A stretch of 64,000 bases of DNA from Agathobacter sp. (GTDB lineage Bacteria > Bacillota > Clostridia > Lachnospirales > Lachnospiraceae), in assembly GCA_050873865.1 (NCBI GenBank), contig JBNMJQ010000005.1, forward strand, positions 14,625 to 78,624, written 5' to 3'. Below, in pieces: positions 51,973-61,257 of this stretch (within the stretch, counting starts at the first letter, position 1; every line of letters starts with the position of its first letter). The notes beneath the pieces were generated by a model. It worked only from the letters and a program-made list of their open reading frames with translations, ran no database searches and was not told the origin of the DNA. The translations under genes and the position numbers were made by a program.

Positions 51973-52693
51973 GAATAAAATAAGAGAAGCATTTGAACAG
52001 GTGGAGCCGGAAAACGGAGCCAAAGAGAGAATGTATCAGAATATTTTGAAGAAGGCTGCGGCAGAGCAATCCGTAGCGGGCAGGCAGAATGCTTCAACCG
52101 GGAACGGAACAGAGGCGAAGGAAAAGGTTCTGACAAGCAGGAAACGGAATATGGCGATAAAATGGGGAAGCCTGGCTGCCTGTGCGGCAATCTGCATATT
52201 GGCTGGCGTAGGGATTTCGCAGTATTTAAAGCCGGGAACATCAGAAAATCCTTCATCGGGTGATCTGGCTTATGAACAGCCGAACACTTCGGAGGAAGTG
52301 GACAATCCACCGGTTCTGGGAGCATCACCGATAGAAGATGTGGAAGATGCAGAGGCGTTTCAGACGCTCGGTATCAGAATGGCAATTCCGAAGGACGCAT
52401 CGGATGTTTCCTATTATCTGGTCGATGGACAGATCGCAAGGGCGTGCTTTACATGGAATGGCAATGACTATACCTATGAAGCGGCTGCTTTGGAGGAGGA
52501 CTTTTCCGGGGTTAGCGGCACCGTGGAAAACAGCATCGCCATTGAGGGTGCGGATGATGCACAGCTGGAGCAGCTTTCCGGGGATATCTGGAGGGCATAT
52601 TGGTCAGAGGGTAATATCCGGTATTATCTATGTAATTTTGATGGAGCAGCGGAGGAGAACATTACAGAACTGGCAGTTCTTTTAATAGAATAA
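51965..52693 (+). CDS. Putative membrane-anchored anti-sigma factor
   Basis: Overlaps the sigma gene, short cytoplasmic N-terminus, one TM (SLAACAAICILAGV), acidic extracellular domain. Confidence 0.65.
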   Translation: MSENKIREAFEQVEPENGAKERMYQNILKKAAAEQSVAGRQNASTGNGTEAKEKVLTSRKRNMAIKWGSLAACAAICILAGVGISQYLKPGTSENPSSGDLAYEQPNTSEEVDNPPVLGASPIEDVEDAEAFQTLGIRMAIPKDASDVSYYLVDGQIARACFTWNGNDYTYEAAALEEDFSGVSGTVENSIAIEGADDAQLEQLSGDIWRAYWSEGNIRYYLCNFDGAAEENITELAVLLIE

Positions 52694-52704
52694 TGGCAAT
52701 GATG

Positions 52705-52760
52705 AAATGTCGGGAATTTTTTTGAAAATTTTCCCGACATTTTTTTGTTCCCTGTCGTAT
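52705..52760 (+). terminator. Terminator overlapping a second ECF-type promoter
   Basis: AAATGTCGGGAA/TTCCCGACATTT followed by a T run. GACA(52736)-N16-CGTAT(52756). Confidence 0.65.
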
Positions 52761-52845
52761 CTATATATGGACGGGTCAAAAGAGGTACTTTGCGTACGGT
52801 GGTACATCATGACCTGAGAAAATGACGATAAGGAGAATGATCAAA

Positions 52846-53568
52846 ATGAAACAGAGAATTTTAGGAATGGTATTGGCACTTACAATGCTGGGCACGCTGG
52901 CTGCCTGCGGATCAAATGGAAATACAGACATTTCCGGCAAGGATACAACAAACAGCACAGAGAACACGACAGAAAGTGGCGACACACAGACAGATAAGGA
53001 CGATATCACAAAGGATAATACACAGACAACAGACGATACAAAAGAGGTTTCCATGACCGTAGAGGAAGTAATGAATGCGCTGAAGGATTCCCTTGGAGAG
53101 AGCTTTGATTGTGATGTGACAGAAACAGAAGACCGCATGAGCGGTTATTATGAGCTGGATCTATCCAAGGTGGAGAGCTGGGCGGCAATGAGCAATTCCA
53201 ACTCAAGCCTGAATCCGAGCACGGCGGTTGTGCTTAAGGTCACAGACGGCTATGCCGATGAGGCGGCAGCATTGCTGCAAAGTAGTTATGAGCAGATATT
53301 AAGTTATTCGCGCATGTATGATATGAGCCTTTTGCGGGTACAGCAGGCGCGCCTGTTTGTAAATGGAGATTACGTTGCACTTCTGATCCTTGGTGTGGAC
53401 GGAGATTGGCAGGACACCGAGGAGAATCAGGCAAAATTTGCACTTGATGAAGCGGCAAAAGTGGATGCGGCGTGGTCAGCAATCTTTGGAGATGCAACGA
53501 ACACGATCGTGATCCCGGAGGATGACGGGGACAGCAGCAACGGCTTTTTTGAAATAGATGAGGAGTAG
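52846..53568 (+). CDS. Lipoprotein, DUF4358-like
   Basis: Lipobox LAAC, Thr/Asp linker, C-terminal ARLFVNGDYVALL, adjacent to MBOAT-DHHW. Confidence 0.6.
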   Translation: MKQRILGMVLALTMLGTLAACGSNGNTDISGKDTTNSTENTTESGDTQTDKDDITKDNTQTTDDTKEVSMTVEEVMNALKDSLGESFDCDVTETEDRMSGYYELDLSKVESWAAMSNSNSSLNPSTAVVLKVTDGYADEAAALLQSSYEQILSYSRMYDMSLLRVQQARLFVNGDYVALLILGVDGDWQDTEENQAKFALDEAAKVDAAWSAIFGDATNTIVIPEDDGDSSNGFFEIDEE

Positions 53569-53574
53569 CGTTTT

Positions 53575-54963
53575 ATGGTATTTTCCAGCTTGACGTTTTT
53601 GCAGCTTTATCTGCCGATATGCCTGTTACTCTATTATCTGTCACCGCAGAAAGGACGGAATGCAGTTTTATTTTTCATGAGCCTTGTTTTCTATGCGTGG
53701 GGTGAACCGGTCTATACTGTGCTGCTGATCTTCTCAACAGTGCTGGATTACACCTGTGGAATGCTTGCAGATAAATATCGAGGAAAGCCTGCGGCAAAGG
53801 CGGCACTGATCGCTTCTGTCTGCGTGAATCTCGGCTTGCTTTTTATATTTAAGTACAGTGGATTTGTTGTTAAGACGGTCAACCGGATTGCAGGAACTGC
53901 CATCACTGTGCCGGAACTAGCACTGCCGATCGGGATCAGCTTTTATACATTCCAGACGATGAGCTACACGATTGACATATACAGAGGAGAGGCAAAGCCA
54001 CAGAAAAGTATGCTGGATTTCGGAACTTATGTGACACTTTTTCCACAGCTTGTGGCAGGACCAATCGTGCGTTATCAGACAGTTGCGGAGGAAGTAAACC
54101 ACAGAAACTGTTCAGTCGATCTGTTTGCGGATGGTGTGCGAAGATTTCTGTGCGGCTTTGGAAAGAAGATTCTGCTTGCAAACAATATCGGACTCTTGTG
54201 GGAGACGGTTTCGGCGCAGACGACGCCGACGGTACTGCTTGCATGGCTTGGGGTGCTTGCGTATGGATTCCAGACTTACTTTGATTTCTCCGGGTATTCG
54301 GATATGGCAATCGGATTGGGGTTTATGCTTGGATTCCACTTCCCGGAGAATTTCCGGTATCCGTTCATGGCAGACAGTATTACGGATTTCTGGAGGCGTT
54401 GGCACATCACGATGGGAACATGGTTCCGGGATTATGTCTACATCCCGTTGGGTGGCAACAAAAAGGGCAGACGGCGGCAGCTTTGCAATATTGTGGTTGT
54501 GTGGCTTCTGACCGGACTGTGGCATGGCGCAAGCTGGAACTTTGTAATATGGGGAATGTATTTTGGCGGGCTGCTCTTAGTGGAGAAGCTTTTTCTGCTG
54601 CGCTTGCTGGACAAATTTCCGGGATGGGTGCGCCATATTTACGCGATGTTATGTGTTACGATCGGGTGGACGATGTTTGCATTTGGGAATATCAAAGATG
54701 GGATGAATTGGTTAAGGCACATGTTCCGGGGACAGTTGTATGATCAAAACAGTCTGTATCTTCTGATGAACTACGGAGTGCTTCTGCTCATCTGCACAGC
54801 TGTCTCAACCCCGGCTGCAAAGTACCTGAAGCGCTTCTTCAAGAATCACAATTCAGGCGGCGCGACTGCCATCGAAGGTATTGGATTTTTCTTATTGATG
54901 GCGGCATGTATGGCATACCTGATCAGCGGAAGCTATAACCCGTTTTTATATTTCAGATTCTGA
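53575..54963 (+). CDS. MBOAT O-acyltransferase (AlgI/PatA/DltB family)
   Basis: LPIGISFYTFQ, FPQLVAGPIVR, YFDFSGYSDMAIG, FWRRWHI, GLWHGA, NPFLYFRF. Confidence 0.95.
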   Translation: MVFSSLTFLQLYLPICLLLYYLSPQKGRNAVLFFMSLVFYAWGEPVYTVLLIFSTVLDYTCGMLADKYRGKPAAKAALIASVCVNLGLLFIFKYSGFVVKTVNRIAGTAITVPELALPIGISFYTFQTMSYTIDIYRGEAKPQKSMLDFGTYVTLFPQLVAGPIVRYQTVAEEVNHRNCSVDLFADGVRRFLCGFGKKILLANNIGLLWETVSAQTTPTVLLAWLGVLAYGFQTYFDFSGYSDMAIGLGFMLGFHFPENFRYPFMADSITDFWRRWHITMGTWFRDYVYIPLGGNKKGRRRQLCNIVVVWLLTGLWHGASWNFVIWGMYFGGLLLVEKLFLLRLLDKFPGWVRHIYAMLCVTIGWTMFAFGNIKDGMNWLRHMFRGQLYDQNSLYLLMNYGVLLLICTAVSTPAAKYLKRFFKNHNSGGATAIEGIGFFLLMAACMAYLISGSYNPFLYFRF

Positions 54964-54972
54964 GGTGGATGT

Positions 54973-56085
54973 ATGAGAAACAGGATTACCGTAATATTCT
55001 TTTGCATAATGCTTGCAGTGCTCGCAATCGTTCCCGCTGCAATTCCGGACAGGTATTATTCCGGGAGAGAAAAACGGACACTTGCACAGCTTCCGGATTT
55101 TTCCATTCAAAGGCTGTTTTCGGGGGAGTATGCAGATGAACTAGAGAACTATCTTTCGGATCAATTTCCACTACGGGATCAGTGGGTTGCCGTAAAGACA
55201 TATTTGGAGCTTGGCATGGGGAAAAAGGATGTAAACAGCGTATACATCGGGAAGGACAACTATCTGCTGGATAAATTCCAGACATACAGCGACGCGCAGT
55301 TAGAAAGCAATGTGCTGGCATTGGCGGCACTCCAGGAGGCACTTGCGGGAGAGAAGATCTCCATGATGACGATGCTGGTTCCGGTAAGTGCACAGGTGCT
55401 TACAGACAAGCTTCCGGCGTTTGCAGATGTGGTAAGTTATCAGGAAATCTGTCAGAAGCTGAGCACGGGTGGCGTTGAAACCATCGATATTTTGGATACA
55501 ATGAAAAACCACTCTGCCGAGAACATATATTATCGCACGGATCATCATTGGACAAGTCTTGGAGCTTACTATGCCTACTGCAGGTGGGCAAAAAGCTGTG
55601 GGATCGCACCAATTCCGCAGGACAAGTGGACGAAGGAGACGCTTTGCAGCAATTTTTACGGAACAACATGGAATAAAGTGCAGCTCCCCACAATCCCGGA
55701 AGAGGAGATTACAGCCTGGTATATCAACAGGAAGCACGAGGTTTCCTACAATGATGGAGCGTATGTGACGGATAGCATCTATGAAGAAAGCTATCTGAAA
55801 AAAAACGATCAATATGGTGTCTTCTTGAACTCAAATCAGGCGAAAACAGTGATACAGGGTGGGGGAAGTAATGGAAAGCTCCTGCTGGTCAAGGATTCTT
55901 ACGGCAACTGCTTTGCGCAGTTTGCGGTTGAGGCGTATGCAGAAGTACACGTGATTGACCTGCGGTTTTTCCATGAAGATCTGGAAATGTATGCGAAGGA
56001 GAATGGAATCACGGATGTGCTCGTATTATATGGCATCCAGAATTTTGTGCAGGACAAAAATCTGGGTTCTATGGAAAAGCAGTAG
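54973..56085 (+). CDS. DHHW-family (AlgJ/AlgX-like) O-acyltransferase partner
   Basis: DQFPLRD, YYRTDHHWT, KDSYGN, DLRFF. Confidence 0.88.
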   Translation: MRNRITVIFFCIMLAVLAIVPAAIPDRYYSGREKRTLAQLPDFSIQRLFSGEYADELENYLSDQFPLRDQWVAVKTYLELGMGKKDVNSVYIGKDNYLLDKFQTYSDAQLESNVLALAALQEALAGEKISMMTMLVPVSAQVLTDKLPAFADVVSYQEICQKLSTGGVETIDILDTMKNHSAENIYYRTDHHWTSLGAYYAYCRWAKSCGIAPIPQDKWTKETLCSNFYGTTWNKVQLPTIPEEEITAWYINRKHEVSYNDGAYVTDSIYEESYLKKNDQYGVFLNSNQAKTVIQGGGSNGKLLLVKDSYGNCFAQFAVEAYAEVHVIDLRFFHEDLEMYAKENGITDVLVLYGIQNFVQDKNLGSMEKQ

Positions 56086-56125
56086 CGGAATAGAATAGGT
56101 AGAAAGAAGATGTCGGGAGCAGCAT

Positions 56126-56545
56126 GTGAACAGGCGGTTTAAGCAGATCATAGCAGGGATATTGGCGCTTACGATGTGCCTTGCGGCAGGCGGCTGTGCA
56201 TTTACCACTACAAAGACGGATAAGATCAAGGATTTAAGTTTTACGGTGCAGAAGGAAGCGGACATCCCGGAGGTACTGTTACAGGAAATCGAGCAGAAGA
56301 AGGGGGAGTGTTTTAAGCTGACCTATACGGACGGAGGATATACATATATTGCAAATGGATATGGAAAACAGCCGACAAACGGCTACAGTATTCAGGTAAA
56401 GGACTTGTATCTGACAGAGAATGCGGTCTGCTTCAAGACGGAATTGTACGGACCACAGGATGGGGAGGATGTAAGCCAGACAGAGAGTTTCCCTTATATT
56501 GTAGTCAAATTAGAAGCAATCGATCTTCCGGTTGTCTTTGAATAA
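56126..56545 (+). CDS. PrcB C-terminal-domain lipoprotein
   Basis: Lipobox AGGC, YGKQPTNGYSIQV, FPYIVVK. Confidence 0.75.
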   Translation: MNRRFKQIIAGILALTMCLAAGGCAFTTTKTDKIKDLSFTVQKEADIPEVLLQEIEQKKGECFKLTYTDGGYTYIANGYGKQPTNGYSIQVKDLYLTENAVCFKTELYGPQDGEDVSQTESFPYIVVKLEAIDLPVVFE

Positions 56546-56650
56546 ATAGGTACTTTTGCCCTATTGTCAAAACTTTAACACTTTGCTATACTAAAAACAC
56601 AATATGTGGTATTGTGATGCAAAACAATGCGCAAAATAAAGGAGGTAGTT

Positions 56651-56896
56651 ATGGAACAACAGTCAATCCTTAACAAGGTTCGCTCGTCCATACGTCAGCA
56701 ATGCGGAAGCAGAGTCGTTATTCAGTTGGATCGTGGCCGTAACAAAGTCGACATTCAGGAAGGTGTTATCCAGAAAGCGTATCCAAGTGTATTTACGGTC
56801 TTGGTTGACGATGAGAGAGATGAGAACCCTCCACAGTTACTTTCTTTTTCTTATACCGATGTTATCACAAAAGATATTCGCATGAAATTGTGCTGA
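56651..56896 (+). CDS. veg: Veg family protein
   Basis: RGRNK...GVIQKAYPSVFTV...SFSYTDVIT. Confidence 0.9.
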   Translation: MEQQSILNKVRSSIRQQCGSRVVIQLDRGRNKVDIQEGVIQKAYPSVFTVLVDDERDENPPQLLSFSYTDVITKDIRMKLC

Positions 56897-56915
56897 TATT
56901 TTACGCAGAACGAAT

Positions 56916-56974
56916 AAAATCCCTTTGTTTCGAATAAGTATTTATACAAAGTTCGAAGCGGAGGGATTTTTTTT
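56916..56974 (+). terminator. veg terminator whose 3' arm is the RBS of the next gene
   Basis: 20-bp stem (with G-U pairs) 56916-56935/56951-56970 ending in a T8 run. Confidence 0.7.
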
Positions 56975-58538
56975 GGAATTAGATAGCCGTATGATAAAGC
57001 AGACAAGAGAAAAAAACAGGGCATTTTCCCAGATCACGCTGGACGATGATTACATCGTAAAGGATAATAAACCGGATGTTATTAAAATCATACATACCGA
57101 TGGGACAATCGTATTTGAAGAGACAAAGCTTACAAATCAGTCGCTGTGGATCAATGGAAAACTGGAGTTTTGTGTATTGTACCGGAGTGATGACGATAAT
57201 CACAAATTGGAAGTCTTAAGTGGGTCCATTCCATTCCAGGAGAAGCTGGTCATGGAGGGGGCGCAGGAGATGGACCCGATCCGCGTGAGCGGTGAATTGG
57301 AAGATCTTTCGGTCGGGATCATCAATTCCAGAAAACTTTCGGTTCGTGCAGTTGCCAACTTAAAAGCAATTGTGGAAGATCAGATAGAGGAGGAAATTTC
57401 GGGGGGACTGGAGGATACGGCAGACTGCCAGCAAAAGGTAGCGGAGAGGGAACTTCTTAGCGCTGTGGCGGCAGAGCGGGATATTATCCGCTTTCATAAC
57501 GAAATTACACTTCCGTCCGCAAAGCCGAACATCAACCGGATTCTGTGGAGTGATGTCCGGCTGAGAGGAAACGAGAGCAGTTTACAAAATGGAAAGCTTC
57601 ATATACAAGGGGATGTGTATGTCAGCGTGCTTTATGCCGCAGACGAGGAAGAACAGGTACAATGGCTGGAGAACGTACTGCCTTTTTCAAGCGACGTTGA
57701 GGGTGTCAGCCTGGGCGATGAACCGGCACAGATCCTTTGGGTAAAAATACGCCCGGAGAGTGTGGAGGTTGAACCGAGAAATGATTATGATGGGGAGATG
57801 CGCATTATCGGGATTGATGTGTCATTTGCAGTAGATTACAAAATCTGGAGCGAGAAGAAGATTCCGGTGTTATTGGATGCATATTCTTTAAAAGAACAGC
57901 TGGTGCTCAAAAAGGAAAAATGTGCTTCCATGTGCTTCCAGATGAAAAATGAGGCGAAGGTGCGGCTTGCTGATACGGTATCCATGGAGTCTAATCAGGA
58001 GAAAATCCTGCAGATCTGTTCCTGCACCGCCAAAGTAACGGTTGACCGCGCAACTGCGGAAGAAAATGGAGTATTGTTTGAGGGAATTGTCACCGTACAT
58101 ATTCTTTATCTCACGGCTGAAGATAATTTTCCGGTTGCGCATACACAGGTGATGCTGCCGTTTGAACAGCTTGTAGAGGTCACCGGAATGCAGAAGGATA
58201 CGTGGTTTGACTATACGGCGAATATTGACATGGTTACAGTCAATCTGCTCGATAGCAGCGAGTTTGAAGTAAAGACCGCATTCCGTATTGCGGTACTCGC
58301 GTTTTCGGAAAACTGTTTTGAGAAGATTGCCGCGATTGAAGCACAGCCGCTTGATATGGAAGAACTGACCGCGCAGCCGGGGCTTGTCGGTTATATTGTG
58401 CAGGAGAAAGAGGAACTGTGGGATATTGTGAAGCGCTATCATACGACAATGGATGAGATAGCGGCGACCAATAACTTAAAACTTGCAAATGTGCGCCCGG
58501 GAACGAAACTGATAATCGTAAAAAAGATAAGTGTATGA
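56973..58538 (+). CDS. SipL-like spore coat morphogen (SPOCS/DUF3794 repeats plus LysM)
   Basis: Repeated KPDVIKII/KPNINRIL/EKILQI units, C-terminal LysM YIVQEKEELWDIVKRY, follows veg as in Clostridia, TTG start. Confidence 0.82.
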   Translation: MELDSRMIKQTREKNRAFSQITLDDDYIVKDNKPDVIKIIHTDGTIVFEETKLTNQSLWINGKLEFCVLYRSDDDNHKLEVLSGSIPFQEKLVMEGAQEMDPIRVSGELEDLSVGIINSRKLSVRAVANLKAIVEDQIEEEISGGLEDTADCQQKVAERELLSAVAAERDIIRFHNEITLPSAKPNINRILWSDVRLRGNESSLQNGKLHIQGDVYVSVLYAADEEEQVQWLENVLPFSSDVEGVSLGDEPAQILWVKIRPESVEVEPRNDYDGEMRIIGIDVSFAVDYKIWSEKKIPVLLDAYSLKEQLVLKKEKCASMCFQMKNEAKVRLADTVSMESNQEKILQICSCTAKVTVDRATAEENGVLFEGIVTVHILYLTAEDNFPVAHTQVMLPFEQLVEVTGMQKDTWFDYTANIDMVTVNLLDSSEFEVKTAFRIAVLAFSENCFEKIAAIEAQPLDMEELTAQPGLVGYIVQEKEELWDIVKRYHTTMDEIAATNNLKLANVRPGTKLIIVKKISV

Positions 58539-58560
58539 TGGGATGGATATCCAAACTCTT

Positions 58561-58596
58561 ATGCGTAGCAGTTTATTGGCTGCTACGCAGTTTTTT
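58561..58596 (+). terminator. Intrinsic terminator
   Basis: TGCGTAGCAGT/GCTGCTACGCA followed by GTTTTTT. Confidence 0.7.
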
Positions 58597-58720
58597 ATAC
58601 AGGCAAAAGATAGATTTCCATGCATTGCCAAAAAAAATAGGTGGAAAAATTGGGACAATTGTGTCACAATAGAAAAAGTATAAGGCGAAATATGTACTTT
58701 TTTTAAGAGGTGATTAAAAT

Positions 58721-60046
58721 ATGATGCATTCATTCCGGAACAACAACAATTTCAGAACGAAAGCAGTTTGCGCGGCGGCTATTCTGGCTATGGCTGTCAG
58801 TACACCGGCAATCGGATGGCTGCCGGAATTTTTAAATGGCTCTGTTGAGGTTTTGGCGACTGCGGAACATGAACAGAAGCGAGATGAGGCGCAGAACAAT
58901 TTAAATGATACCAACGATCAGATTGATGACGTAAAGGATGCGCAGGGAAATCTTGATGACCAGCTTTCTGAGGCACAGAGCAAACGAAGAAAGCTCGAGC
59001 AGAAGATTGATGCAACCAATGATGAACTGAATACAACAAAGAAAGAGCTGGAGGATCTTTGCGGGCAGATCGAGGACAAGCAGGCTGAAATCGAGCAGGC
59101 GGCAGCGGATCTTGTGGTGGCACAGGATACACTCGACGAGGAGTATGAGGCCATGAAGCTTCGTATCCAGTTTATGTATGAGAATAAGCAGCAGGAGTCT
59201 TTCTGGTCAGCAATCCTTGAGGCTGATGGCCTGGCAGATATGCTTACCAGAGTGGAATACATTGCGGATGTGTATGCATCCGACCGCAAACTGATGGATA
59301 GGTACCAGACAAGCCTGCAGGCAGTGGAAGATTTAAATACACAGCTTGCGCAGGAGATGTCAGAACTCGTTGCATTGCAGGGGGAGGCTGAGGAGAAACA
59401 GAGCAGCCTTGAGTCAAAGCTTGCATCTTTGCAGGCGGATGAAGATGAACTTGCCGCAATGATCTCCGACATTAAAGACCAGAAGAGAACCTACGCAACA
59501 CAGCTTGCATCGCTTGAGGAGATGCGCGATCAATACAAATCAACCATTTCCAAGGAAGAAGAAATTATCCGCCAGCTGGAGGCGGCAGCAGCAAGGCAGG
59601 ATGCCGCTACCTATGAGGGTGGTGGAACCGGACAGGCAAATTCGCTCGGCTCGGCGGCATACCTTACCGATGATTCTTATAATCCGGACCCGGCAACGAA
59701 TGTATCCGGGGATGATGTGGTGGCTTATGCGCAGCAGTTTGTCGGCAATCCGTATCGCTGGGGTGGCAACAGCCTGACGAAGGGGGCTGACTGCTCCGGA
59801 TTTGTACACTTGATCTATGAGCATTTTGGAATCAGTACACCGCGTTATTCCCAATCATTTAAGACATCCGGACAGCCGGTATCCTATAACAATATGCAGC
59901 CGGGAGATGTTGTTGTGTATGATGGACACGTGGCTATCTACATGGGCGGTGGCAAAATCGTAGAGGCACAGTCTACAAAGGCAGGTATTACCAATACCCG
60001 CTCTGTCAACTGCCACAAGATCACAGCGATCAGAAGACTGGTATAG
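58721..60046 (+). CDS. Coiled-coil NlpC/P60 peptidoglycan endopeptidase (CwlO/PcsB-like)
   Basis: Signal peptide, long coiled coil, GNPYRWGG, DCSGF, GHVAIY. Confidence 0.92.
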   Translation: MMHSFRNNNNFRTKAVCAAAILAMAVSTPAIGWLPEFLNGSVEVLATAEHEQKRDEAQNNLNDTNDQIDDVKDAQGNLDDQLSEAQSKRRKLEQKIDATNDELNTTKKELEDLCGQIEDKQAEIEQAAADLVVAQDTLDEEYEAMKLRIQFMYENKQQESFWSAILEADGLADMLTRVEYIADVYASDRKLMDRYQTSLQAVEDLNTQLAQEMSELVALQGEAEEKQSSLESKLASLQADEDELAAMISDIKDQKRTYATQLASLEEMRDQYKSTISKEEEIIRQLEAAAARQDAATYEGGGTGQANSLGSAAYLTDDSYNPDPATNVSGDDVVAYAQQFVGNPYRWGGNSLTKGADCSGFVHLIYEHFGISTPRYSQSFKTSGQPVSYNNMQPGDVVVYDGHVAIYMGGGKIVEAQSTKAGITNTRSVNCHKITAIRRLV

Positions 60047-60107
60047 TATCCGTGGAAAGCTGCGGATCGACAGCCGGTATGAATAAATAAAATCGGAGGA
60101 AAAAACA

Positions 60108-60545
60108 ATGCAGATGGAACAATTACAAAAAGATATGATTGCAGCAATGAAGGCGAGAGATAAGGTGCGCAAGGATGCAATTTCATCGCTGGTATCCGCA
60201 GTCAAGAAGGTAGCAATCGATGAGGGATGCCGTGATGATATTCCGGAGGAACTCGTCAACCGCGTTATCTTAAAGGAAATGAAATCAGTTAAGGAGCAGA
60301 TTGACAGCTGCCCGGAGAGCAGGGAGGATCTGCTTGAGCAGTATCGCACAAGATATGCAATTTTCGAGGAGTATGCTCCATCCATGATGAGTGAGGAGGA
60401 AGTGACCGCGGTCATTTCTGAGAAATTCGCAGATGTGCTTGCAACAAAGAATAAAGGTGCTATTATGAAAGCTGTCATGCCGGAACTTAAGGGCAAGGCA
60501 GACGGCAAAGTTATCAATCAGGTGGTAGCAAAGCTTTGTCAGTAG
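60108..60545 (+). CDS. GatB/YqeY domain protein
   Basis: DMIAAMKARDK, GAIMKAVMPELKGKADGK. Confidence 0.9.
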   Translation: MQMEQLQKDMIAAMKARDKVRKDAISSLVSAVKKVAIDEGCRDDIPEELVNRVILKEMKSVKEQIDSCPESREDLLEQYRTRYAIFEEYAPSMMSEEEVTAVISEKFADVLATKNKGAIMKAVMPELKGKADGKVINQVVAKLCQ

Positions 60546-61228
60546 CAAAGAGACAGAAACTTCCGGTAAAGAAGTGGTGCATTACGGCTGTCCTGCTGGT
60601 TGCGCTGGCAGTGATGGGAATCCGCAGCTATCAGAAGGGACAGGGAAAGACGATGCTTGTCTATGCAGATTCCCTGGAGCAGGTGGCGGCAGAAGTAAAT
60701 GGAAGTACACTCATACTGCGCCAGCTTGCTTTTTATGTGGCGTATGAAGAGGATGAGGTAGAGCGGCAGGCGTATATATACAATCCGAAGGATACGAATA
60801 TTTATTGGAATCTGCATGCAAACAATACCTACATCCGGACGGCAGCGCGCAATGCGGCAATTCAGATGGCACTGCATGACGAACTGTTCTATCAGATGGC
60901 GGTAGAAGAAGGTGTAAACTTAAGCCGGGAGGAAGAAGATACCCTGAGTGAGAAAATCCGGGAATATTGGACGGAGCTTGTGGATTACGGCAAGGCAGAG
61001 AGACTGGGAGTCGACCGGGATGATGTTGCGCAGACGATGCGCAAGATGGCATATGCCCAGAAAATGCAGTATATCTATGCAATCACGCAGGGCATGGACG
61101 AGGAGGACTTTGGCTTTACCGCAGATGCGTATCAGCAATTTTTAAAAGAGCAGGACTACACGATTGAAGAGGATGTGTGGGGCAGGGTTGATTTTGGCAA
61201 TGTTACCCTGACACATTGGGAAAAATGA
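60536..61228 (+). CDS. Conserved membrane-anchored hypothetical protein (SurA N-domain-like)
   Basis: N-terminal TM, VAAEVNG, helical domain, overlaps the previous gene. Confidence 0.5.
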   Translation: MSVAKRQKLPVKKWCITAVLLVALAVMGIRSYQKGQGKTMLVYADSLEQVAAEVNGSTLILRQLAFYVAYEEDEVERQAYIYNPKDTNIYWNLHANNTYIRTAARNAAIQMALHDELFYQMAVEEGVNLSREEEDTLSEKIREYWTELVDYGKAERLGVDRDDVAQTMRKMAYAQKMQYIYAITQGMDEEDFGFTADAYQQFLKEQDYTIEEDVWGRVDFGNVTLTHWEK

Positions 61229-61257
61229 GAACCAGAAAAAGAAAGAAGACAAGAAAA

